Shown one piece after another: positions 9,433-16,761 of a stretch of 38,723 nucleotides of DNA. The number at the start of each line of letters is the position of its first letter. Position 1 is the first letter of the stretch. Origin of the DNA: a virus (lineage: Duplodnaviria; Caudoviricetes); IMG/VR virus record IMGVR_UViG_3300023214_000277, positions 1 through 38,723 of that record. The stretch is one strand, 5' to 3'. The position numbers and the translations under genes were made by a program. Under the pieces are notes generated by a model. It was not told where the DNA came from. It saw only the letters and a list, made by a program, of their open reading frames with translations, and did not search any database.

Positions 9433-10050
9433 TCAAGCCGCCCTGCGTGGCGGCGGGGGGATGTCGGCCAGGGCGATCGACCAGCCAGACCACTGCCCGG
9501 CGAACTGGTCGATCGTAAGCGTTCGCAGCCGAGCCGGATGATTCGAGTCGAGCAGCACAGCACGGCGCGAGTCGAGCGAGACCAACAGCGCCATATGTCG
9601 GCCGGAGGTCACCAGCTCGACGGCGACCGGATGCCGCAGATCCAGTGCCCGCCGCAAAAACGCCCAATCGCGAAATCCTCGGTCGCGCCAGGCATAGGCC
9701 AGTCGCGAGCCGGCGAGTTTCTTTCGCGTGGTGCGCGGCACCTCGCCGCCGCCATAGACGGCCAGCCACTGCGACGCGACGCTGAACCGGCCATGCCAGC
9801 GCATCGCCGTGGCCAGCGTGGCGTAGACGCAGCTCCCCTCTCCGCGAGCCGCATAATTGGCGACCCGCCAGCGAGCCGGGATGTCGGGCGGCTGCGGATC
9901 GTGATTCGGAATCGGACAGACCCCGCCGGGACAACCTTTTTGTGGGCGGTCCGATCCGCTGGGCACTCCCGGGGAATTCCCAGGCACCTGAGATTCCACA
10001 GTGCATCCGGCCGAAAAGAGACAGACCAAAAAAATCAAAAAAAACTGCAT
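9433..10050 (-). CDS. Lipoprotein, papain-fold (C39-like) cysteine peptidase
   Basis: Lipobox FSAG-C; CPGGVCP; candidate catalytic residues in GSCVYA (Cys), RHMALLV (His) and LLDSN (Asp/Asn). Confidence 0.7.
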   Translation of the reverse strand: MQFFLIFLVCLFSAGCTVESQVPGNSPGVPSGSDRPQKGCPGGVCPIPNHDPQPPDIPARWRVANYAARGEGSCVYATLATAMRWHGRFSVASQWLAVYGGGEVPRTTRKKLAGSRLAYAWRDRGFRDWAFLRRALDLRHPVAVELVTSGRHMALLVSLDSRRAVLLDSNHPARLRTLTIDQFAGQWSGWSIALADIPPPPRRAA

Positions 10051-10109
10051 AATCCGGTTTCCCCGCGCCGAAGTCTCTGTTAGGCTACTTCCGCCGGCAG
10101 TGCGACACG

Positions 10110-10149
10110 TGGGCAAAAGACGCACCCGTGGTGCCGTGGTGAGGGTGGT
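10110..10149 (+). repeat. Left copy of perfect 40-bp inverted repeat
   Basis: TGGGCAAAAGACGCACCCGTGGTGCCGTGGTGAGGGTGGT is the exact reverse complement of 14990-15029. Confidence 0.95.
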
Positions 10150-10179
10150 TTGCCTGTTTCGCCCTGTCCCGGCAAAACA

Positions 10180-10207
10180 ACTATGCGCCATAGATTGCCT
10201 ATGTCAA
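10180..10207 (-). promoter_or_regulatory. Putative sigma70 promoter pointing outward across the left inverted repeat
   Basis: Minus strand TTGACA-16 nt-CATAGT with an A/T-rich tract upstream. Confidence 0.55.
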
Positions 10208-10304
10208 AAACTCGCCCAAATTTTTTTCGCGATCCACGCAGGGAGTGCGTCGGTGTGGGCACGGAGGCCCATTTTTTTCATCGCGCTGGCGGCGGGGAAA
10301 CGAC

Positions 10305-10511
10305 GTGAATAGCACCGATCTGACGATCGACTTTCGTGGCGTCGAGCTATCAGTGAGGGATTTTCCGCGCACCCTGCAGGGATGGGTCGCGTTCACAATC
10401 GCCTTTAGCGGCAATGTGGCGTGCCGGAACAAAGCGGCAGCGATGAAAGTATTGCTCAGTCAAGCCGAGGCGATTATTGAGCAAGTCAAGACGGGGGAAG
10501 CGCCCCCGTAA
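10305..10511 (+). CDS. Hypothetical protein
   Basis: GTG start after GGGGAAA; 68 aa. Confidence 0.5.
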   Translation: MNSTDLTIDFRGVELSVRDFPRTLQGWVAFTIAFSGNVACRNKAAAMKVLLSQAEAIIEQVKTGEAPP

Positions 10512-10640
10512 CCCGCTCAAGTGCATCTTCCAAACCGCGATGTCTGCCCGGCGCGGGGGACGGCCGTATCCGCGTGCGGCAGCGCCGGCAGCATCGTGGT
10601 TGGCCGTGCAGGTGTCGTCCCGAATAGATGAGGGTTGAGT

Positions 10641-10988
10641 ATGGCGTCGGAATCCTCGAAACTGCGGCGCGAAAAGTATATCACCTACAGCAGCGCGCGC
10701 CGCTGTGGTGTGCACCTGATTCACTCGCCCGAGTGCGGGCACTATCTGGAGACGATCGGCGGACCGTGTGTCGTGCGGTTCGCCGTTGGTCGCGGCGTCG
10801 GCGCCACACTACGCCACGTCGGCGTGGTGTATTGTCGCCGCTGTCACTTCGAGCCGCAGCGCCATCCACGCATGATCTACGCGCACCAGCTCGTCGGATT
10901 GACCGACTATGAAGCCTTCTTGCGCTGCGCACTCGATGCGGCCTGGGAGTCCATCCAGACAATCACCCAGCCACGATGGTGCCGCTGA
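10641..10988 (+). CDS. Hypothetical Cys/His-containing protein
   Basis: ATG after GAGGG; YCRRCH motif. Confidence 0.5.
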   Translation: MASESSKLRREKYITYSSARRCGVHLIHSPECGHYLETIGGPCVVRFAVGRGVGATLRHVGVVYCRRCHFEPQRHPRMIYAHQLVGLTDYEAFLRCALDAAWESIQTITQPRWCR

Positions 10989-11014
10989 CTACCTGCGATA
11001 TCTCAGATACCCGT

Positions 11015-11479
11015 TTACGGCAGCTCCCGGCCGTCGGGCAACTCGACGCTGCCGGGCCACTGCGTCGGATAGACGCCACGTTCGGCGCGGTGCGCCGGCA
11101 CGATCTCGACCGCGACGACCAGAATGCGGACGGTCCACCGTGGTTGCCGATCATTGACGATCTGACCCAGCACCGCGGCCAGGCCACTGGAGTGGACCAG
11201 CGGATCGACGCCGACAGTGAGGATGTCGGCGTAGACGATGTCATGCGGCACGCCGACCTCCAGCACCTGCTCAACCCAGCGGATCAGCGCCGCTTCCGGC
11301 GCGGCGCCGGAAAGGTCGTGGTGGACCTGGGCACCGGGGATGCCCTGGTCGGGATAGGGCAGCGCGATCCGCAGCAGTTTGCCGTTGGCGATCTCTTTGC
11401 GCTGCCGGCCGGAGAGCCGGTAGCGAATGCCCTGTGATTTCTCAGGCACTGGTATATCCCCCTTAGTTCGTGAGTTCAC
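11015..11479 (-). CDS. Hypothetical protein
   Basis: 154 aa; GTGA overlap with the upstream gene. Confidence 0.55.
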   Translation of the reverse strand: MNSRTKGDIPVPEKSQGIRYRLSGRQRKEIANGKLLRIALPYPDQGIPGAQVHHDLSGAAPEAALIRWVEQVLEVGVPHDIVYADILTVGVDPLVHSSGLAAVLGQIVNDRQPRWTVRILVVAVEIVPAHRAERGVYPTQWPGSVELPDGRELP

Positions 11480-11727
11480 CGCTGCTCGGCGCGCAGGCGC
11501 CGAACCAAGCTGGCCAGCCGTCTCGACTCTCTCGCCGATCGCTCGGCAGCGGCGGCGACCGCGGCGTCCAGCACCAGCGCGCGAATCCAGTCGCTGCCTT
11601 TGTGCTGGCGGAGCTCGTCGAGGATCCGCTTTTCGGCGCGCGAGACACAGATCCCATACGTCTCGCGCCGCGGATGCCGGAGCTTCGGCCGTCCGACCCG
11701 GGCCGTTTTCCCCTGTTTTGTAGGCAT
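11476..11727 (-). CDS. Small DNA-binding protein (GRPK hook plus ribbon-helix-helix-like)
   Basis: GRPKLRHPRRETYGICVSRAEKRILDEL...SDWIRALVL; divergent from promoter at 11781. Confidence 0.6.
   Translation of the reverse strand: MPTKQGKTARVGRPKLRHPRRETYGICVSRAEKRILDELRQHKGSDWIRALVLDAAVAAAAERSARESRRLASLVRRLRAEQR
11591..11705 (+). repeat. 115-bp direct repeat, copy 1
   Basis: 107/115 identical to 12973-13087. Confidence 0.95.
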
Positions 11728-11780
11728 TTTTGCTCGTTCTCGCTCGCGGAAAAAAATCTAGAAAAAATACCGCTGGCCTA

Positions 11781-11808
11781 TTGACGGGGCCGCTAAAGAG
11801 TATAGACT
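11781..11808 (+). promoter_or_regulatory. Putative strong sigma70 promoter
   Basis: TTGACG-16 nt-TAGACT, upstream A-tracts, downstream AAGGAGG RBS and ATG 11847. Confidence 0.7.
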
Positions 11809-11846
11809 ATATTCCAGTCGAGGGCAAAAGCACGAAGGAGGAAACG

Positions 11847-12530
11847 ATGGCGAAGAGCGAACCCACACGCCGGATACCTGGCGTGACTGACGAGCGGATC
11901 ATCCGAGGTTTTTTCGGCCGGCGGGCCAGACCCTATGACTATACTGTCACGGCCGAGGATTTTGACCGCGACGATAACGAGGGACCTGGACACTACGTCG
12001 GCATCACGGTGCCGGCCAGCCTCGCGGATCGATGGGACGCCGGCATCATCGCGTGCCGGCGACGCAAAGTTGGCAGCCGCAGCCCCGAGGGGCTACTGAT
12101 CCGGTATCGGATCATGGCAGCCGATGATACGGCCGATCTGCCGCCGGCGCTGGCCGCATATCTGGCCGCGAAAGAGGCCGCGGCCGAGAAACAGGCCGCG
12201 GCCAAGCGCAAAGCCGCGGCCGAGAAACAGGAGGTGGACCGTCTGCTCGACGGGTTGCGGGCAACAAGCGTAGAGCCCGCTCCCGGGGACTGCACGTTTG
12301 GCGGTCCGGGGATGCAGAGGCTCGACCGCGGAGACACGACCTATCTGGAGGGGCGGACGGCGGACGGACGACGCATCGTCCGCGAGGACTGTCGCGGATA
12401 TGACGACTGTCGCACATATTATCATGCTCCGCATGATATCGCTGTAGCATGGGCCATGGCCTATGCCGCGCGCCAGGGCATCACGCCTGAGCGAGCCCAT
12501 GAGTGCATCGGCAGGTGGTTGTCGCGGTAG
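11847..12530 (+). CDS. Hypothetical (probably early) protein, 227 aa
   Basis: Consensus RBS and promoter; central Ala/Lys helix. Confidence 0.75.
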   Translation: MAKSEPTRRIPGVTDERIIRGFFGRRARPYDYTVTAEDFDRDDNEGPGHYVGITVPASLADRWDAGIIACRRRKVGSRSPEGLLIRYRIMAADDTADLPPALAAYLAAKEAAAEKQAAAKRKAAAEKQEVDRLLDGLRATSVEPAPGDCTFGGPGMQRLDRGDTTYLEGRTADGRRIVREDCRGYDDCRTYYHAPHDIAVAWAMAYAARQGITPERAHECIGRWLSR

Positions 12531-12608
12531 TGACCTGCATCGAGCGGTCGCCGGCCTGTGATATCCCAGGTAGTTTTTCTAGCGGCCGAAGGCCGCATAG
12601 CAAGGAGG

Positions 12609-12761
12609 ATGGCAGTGACGGAAGTGATGGTCCACGTGGACCGAGACGCGGCTATCCGCCGCGGTATCAACGGCACCAATTCGCCGGTGCTGGTATCTCT
12701 CGACGTGGCGGCGATTTCGCCAGAGGATCGCGGACGACTGATCGTGTGGCCGCGTGACTAG
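12609..12761 (+). CDS. Short hypothetical protein, possibly truncated
   Basis: AAGGAGG RBS before ATG/GTG; ~50 aa. Confidence 0.45.
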   Translation: MAVTEVMVHVDRDAAIRRGINGTNSPVLVSLDVAAISPEDRGRLIVWPRD

Positions 12762-12972
12762 TGATATGCTGCGGGGCCGCGCCGGCCCCATTGAAGCCGA
12801 GGTGCGCGAAGAGCTTCGAGCCACCTGGGCGGCTCATTCCGGCGCGGCCCTCTTTTTTCCAGCCTGGGATATCCCGGTGACCCTGCGATATCCCAGTGAC
12901 TGCACTACTCTCGCCGCAAAAACTCCGCGCGGCCGGTCAACTGATAGATCGCCGCGCGCAGGAACGAGCGGC

Positions 12973-13087
12973 TCGCTGCCTTTGTGCTCGCGGAGCTCGT
13001 CGAGGATCTGTTTTTCCGCGCGCGAGACACAAATCCCATACGTCTCGCGCCGCGGATGGCGAAGCTTCGGCCGGCCGACCCGGGCCG
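12973..13087 (-). pseudogene. Start-less paralogous fragment of the 11476-11727 DNA-binding gene (direct repeat copy 2)
   Basis: Encodes ARVGRPKLRHPRRETYGICVSRAEKQILDELREHKGS; no in-frame ATG/GTG/TTG before the upstream stop near 13260. Confidence 0.75.
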
Positions 13088-13135
13088 CTGCCCATTGCCC
13101 GTGCTGGGCAGCGATTGAGTAACCTGGGATTTTAC

Positions 13136-13462
13136 CTAGGCGGAGTCGGAAGGCAATGTTGACTGCACTTTTGCTGGCCCTTGCAACTGCTCCAGATGCA
13201 CCTGGATCCGCTGCAGGTACGCGGTCATAGCCGCCTCTTCCTCCTGCACCTTGACAGCGTCAATCCGGAGATACCCCAGAATCGCCTTGTTCACGTCCCA
13301 CTCTGCAGGCGGGCCGGTAATGCCCGAATCCCTGTGGTTTTCCTTGGCCCAGGCCAGAAACGCCTCCAGGAATGCGATGGTGTCCTTTTTGCGTCGCAGA
13401 CGCCGCAGCTGCGGCACATCAGGTGGTAGCAGATCAATCTCGTCGGGGGCCGTCTCAGTCAC
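13136..13462 (-). CDS. Hypothetical protein
   Basis: 108 aa; GTGA overlap with the PAPS-reductase-like gene. Confidence 0.65.
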   Translation of the reverse strand: MTETAPDEIDLLPPDVPQLRRLRRKKDTIAFLEAFLAWAKENHRDSGITGPPAEWDVNKAILGYLRIDAVKVQEEEAAMTAYLQRIQVHLEQLQGPAKVQSTLPSDSA

Positions 13463-14448
13463 GTAGGGCCTCCACAGGTCTTGAATGCACCCAGGGGGAG
13501 CCGCCAGATCCTTGCCCCGACGTACGTCCTCCTCGGCCGGTATGGAATCACACCCAGGGCGATCTCCCGAAGTTCCCGCGAATCGCGCGGCAGGAAGGAC
13601 TTCCCACGGTCTGCGAGCTGCGTCACATCAACTGCCTGACGAATCGTGCATCCGAATTCGATCTCATACGTCGCGATTCGCCGGAACCACGCGGGCGACA
13701 GCTCGCGTAACGAGGCCCACTGGTCGGAATCGCCGAAGATGCAGCTCATGCATGACACCCGGCCCCAGCCCAGTTTATAGGCCGGGTGCGGGTCCACCCG
13801 GTAACGATGGAGGAGCTCCCAGACCCGTTCCTCGGGCCAGTCAATAATGACACGCCAATGATCGACCCGCCGGCTTTGACTGTTACAGCGGTGCTTCTCC
13901 ATCTCCGCATACTTGCTTCGCGCGGCGGACTCCTGCCGCCGCTCGCCCGTCACGAAGAGAATCTTGGCGTTGCGGAACGCCGGGTCGTTGTTAAGCGCCC
14001 GGGCCGCGACATCGATCTTGAGGTAGGCGGAACACCACCTCACTTTCAGGTCCGCCGAGACCTGCGGGAACTTCCGCCGGGTCGAGCGCTTTCCCGTCGT
14101 GCCACCGACTGTGCTTGTTGTGCCGTCCTGCCGCTGGAACCGCACCGGATTCGTCCGCCTGTCCTCCCGTAGCATCTCGGCCTTAAAGCCACCGCTCCGC
14201 CCCTGGAAGAAAGTCTTCACACCGAACGTCTCACCAAAGGCTGCGCAATACTCTGGCGTACAAGGCCAGTCCATCAGCGGCACGCCATTATCAACGTCCT
14301 GGTGCCAAAGCTGGATCTTCGCGTCGGGGACGCCCAGGTCCAGCATGTGTAGATAACACGCCGTGCTGTCTTTACCCCCGGAGAACGACACGATCACATA
14401 GTCGTACTCATCGAGAGGCAGAATCTCCGTCGTATTCGGCCGTGGCAT
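13459..14448 (-). CDS. Phosphoadenosine phosphosulfate (PAPS) reductase family PP-loop protein
   Basis: VSFSGGKDS, RWCSAYLK, GERRQESAAR and HPAYKLGWGRVSCMSC motifs. Confidence 0.88.
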   Translation of the reverse strand: MPRPNTTEILPLDEYDYVIVSFSGGKDSTACYLHMLDLGVPDAKIQLWHQDVDNGVPLMDWPCTPEYCAAFGETFGVKTFFQGRSGGFKAEMLREDRRTNPVRFQRQDGTTSTVGGTTGKRSTRRKFPQVSADLKVRWCSAYLKIDVAARALNNDPAFRNAKILFVTGERRQESAARSKYAEMEKHRCNSQSRRVDHWRVIIDWPEERVWELLHRYRVDPHPAYKLGWGRVSCMSCIFGDSDQWASLRELSPAWFRRIATYEIEFGCTIRQAVDVTQLADRGKSFLPRDSRELREIALGVIPYRPRRTYVGARIWRLPLGAFKTCGGPT

Positions 14449-14471
14449 CGCGATTCCCACCTAAATCGAAG

Positions 14472-14936
14472 TTACGTGGTACGGACGTCATTCCACCTGC
14501 TGGAACTCTTTGTTACTCTTTCGCCGACCACCCGGCCCGCGAAGGATCGCGTTGTCGCGCATAGATACGGGTCGGTCGAGCCGGCCCCCATCTCGATGCG
14601 TCGCTCACGCCAGGCCCGCAGATCGGCGAGCGTTGCCGCGTCCCACCACAGCGGCACATCCCGGCCGCGGCCCCGTCGCCGACCATCCCGCTGGGACACA
14701 CGCTTGGTCGCTTCCGGTCGCACACGGATATGCGGCCGCTCATCGAGGCAGGCGACGTCGGCCAGTCGCAGCGCCACCATCTCACCGACGCGAAGACCGC
14801 AGCAGACGGCCAGCCGCACGATGGTCAGCGTGCAGCGATTGCCGGCCGTATCTGCCCTCTCCCGCATATCCGTGATGATGCGACCGATCTCACCGGCCGT
14901 CAAAATGCGCCTCGCCGCTATGGATCTCTCAGCCAA
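14472..14936 (-). pseudogene. C-terminally truncated minimal tyrosine recombinase
   Basis: Box I CGLRVGEMVALRLADV, ATK lysine loop and RDVPLWWD are present; no HxxR, GH or catalytic Tyr; no N-terminal arm-binding domain. Confidence 0.8.
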
Positions 14937-14968
14937 CCGGCCACCCGCTCAGTGAAGATCAGTGCACC

Positions 14969-14985
14969 ATCGATATTATATCGAT
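14969..14985. promoter_or_regulatory. AT-rich palindrome between recombinase start and right inverted repeat
   Basis: ATCGATAT-T-ATATCGAT. Confidence 0.45.
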
Positions 14986-14989
14986 CGTC

Positions 14990-15029
14990 ACCACCCTCAC
15001 CACGGCACCACGGGTGCGTCTTTTGCCCA
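14990..15029 (-). repeat. Right copy of perfect 40-bp inverted repeat
   Basis: ACCACCCTCACCACGGCACCACGGGTGCGTCTTTTGCCCA. Confidence 0.95.
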
Positions 15030-15400
15030 GCGTGTGCACCCCCGAGCGCTTCGCCTGTCACTCTCACAGGGCCCCAGACGTCGTGTGAGGCGATCCGTAG
15101 GGGGTCGGCGTATGATTTGACTCGGTCGCAGCCGCACGGCCTTACACGGCCGCTGAGGCGTTCTCGCCGCTTGCCATGCCAAGTCACCGACAAATACCAG
15201 ATCCCTGAGAAATCCCAGGGCCAGGCCAACCCCGCCATCAGACCCGATCAGCACCGGCCAGGGCGAAGCCGCGAAGCGGTCGGATCCGCTCGCCCGAGTC
15301 CCTACACGACTCGGCAACCCAAACAAAACCCCGGGAAAAACCGCACATCCGCCGCAAAGCGGCGCACCAGGCGGCGCACCGGGGACTGATCGGCAGTGCG

Positions 15401-15859
15401 TCAGCCAGGGGGATCGGGCGTCGCCGGCCGCGCGTCGACCACCTGCCAGGCGTCGGTTGGCGTGGTCTCCAGGTCCAGCGCGGCAATCGACTTGTCCCGC
15501 CTCTCGCTCGCCGCCGCAATCTCGCGCACGTGCTGCAGTCGCTCGGTCGGCGATAGATCAGCATGGTGGTGCCGCAGGTAGTACGCCGCCAACAGCGAGA
15601 CGCGCTCCCACCGCACCGCCGTGGTGATCCGTGCCGACTCGGCAATCGTCAGATCCACCGGCCCGACCGTCTCGGACCCCCTTCGCTGATCGAGCACCGC
15701 GGCCGTCAGCGTCGCCTTCAGCCGATTTGTCAATGTCGTGATATACCCCGCTCCGGGCGGCAATCGCCCGGTCGAAAATCCATGCTTCAGCGCGTTGCGA
15801 TTTCCTTTCGGCGCGCCGGCTCCGGGCCGCGCTCCGCCCCGACGATCCGCATCACCCAT
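15401..15859 (-). CDS. Terminase small subunit-like protein
   Basis: GGARPGAGAPKGNRNALKHG motif typical of TerS N-termini; RBS AGGGGG. Confidence 0.65.
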   Translation of the reverse strand: MGDADRRGGARPGAGAPKGNRNALKHGFSTGRLPPGAGYITTLTNRLKATLTAAVLDQRRGSETVGPVDLTIAESARITTAVRWERVSLLAAYYLRHHHADLSPTERLQHVREIAAASERRDKSIAALDLETTPTDAWQVVDARPATPDPPG

Positions 15860-16177
15860 TTTATCCCCCTGTGATTTCCCAGGTACGTTCCCAATAATGT
15901 TTACCAATTCGGTGAACATTGATTGTCCGGCCGCCCGCGCATCAGCGCGGCCGCGCGGGTGCGCCTTCGCCTGGTGAGTCGCCTTCGACTGGCGTCATCC
16001 CCCGATCCCTCCCAAGCCACACAGGTAGACGAATCGCCACCAACCGCCGCCCCTGATACCAGTGTCGATCCCGGCCGTCGGCATACCAGTACGGCGAGGC
16101 GGGCAGCACGGACATCGGCAGCAGTGTCCGCGAACAGTGCCGTCCTACCACTTCGATCGAGCGCGGCGGCACGACCT

Positions 16178-16513
16178 TCAGCCGTCCATCGACGTGATAC
16201 CAGCGATATGGCCCTCGCCGGCCGCGCCTCGATCCCGATCCGGTTTCCACTCGATTTGGCATATCAGCTCCCCCTCGCTGTCGAAGATGGCCAAGCATCT
16301 GCGATTTCGCAGTGCCAGGGCCAGCGGCAGATACCGCGCCTGCCCGTCGGACTTTACCTGTAGCACCGCTTCGCCGAGCCGGTCGCGTGCCAACTCCCGT
16401 TTCGCATCTGGCATCCGAATCAGTTTCGCCACAGCACAGGCCAGACAGACAAGCTTATGATTCGCCGAACGCAAATAAAGCGTACATCCGCACTCATCGC
16501 ACCCTGCCATCAA
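16178..16513 (-). CDS. Hypothetical zinc-finger-like protein
   Basis: CDEC...CLAC; AAAGGGGG RBS. Confidence 0.5.
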   Translation of the reverse strand: MMAGCDECGCTLYLRSANHKLVCLACAVAKLIRMPDAKRELARDRLGEAVLQVKSDGQARYLPLALALRNRRCLAIFDSEGELICQIEWKPDRDRGAAGEGHIAGITSMDG

Positions 16514-16538
16514 ATTCGCCCCCTTTCGAAACTGCAGG

Positions 16539-16739
16539 TGTCCGGGTTGTCCGCGTTGGCTGGGTAGTTTTCACTCGCTCGCTGTTTTGCACGGTTATCA
16601 CTTGTTTTTTTTCAACGCAATGAGTGGGAAACTACCCAGACAACCCGGACACCTAATATCTAACTTCTCGCCAGAGACGAGTTTAAGTATGTCCGGGTTG
16701 TCGCCTATCAACCCGGACACTACCCAGACAACCCGGACA
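16539..16739. repeat. Iteron array, putative replication origin
   Basis: CAACCCGGACA x5 (16539-, 16641+, 16690-, 16709+, 16729+), CTACCCAG x3, T-rich spacer, directly downstream of the primase-helicase. Confidence 0.75.
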
Positions 16740-16761
16740 ATTTTTATTGGACTTACATCAA

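Noticed and set aside
11591-13087. Diversity-generating retroelement TR/VR pair
   Set aside because: Mismatches are not adenine-specific and are mostly synonymous; no reverse transcriptase is present
13459-14448. Sulfur-assimilation auxiliary gene cysH or a complete Dnd system
   Set aside because: Family motifs only; no partner genes, so no specific symbol was assigned
10110-15029. IS or DDE transposon with terminal inverted repeats
   Set aside because: No transposase and no target-site duplication at the outer flanks
15942-16298. 118-aa minus-strand ORF
   Set aside because: Overlaps the upstream gene and has no clear start or motif; a shorter gene is possible but unsupported
16539-16739. 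CRISPR or mini-array
   Set aside because: Repeats are 11 bp, mixed in orientation and irregularly spaced; no cas genes
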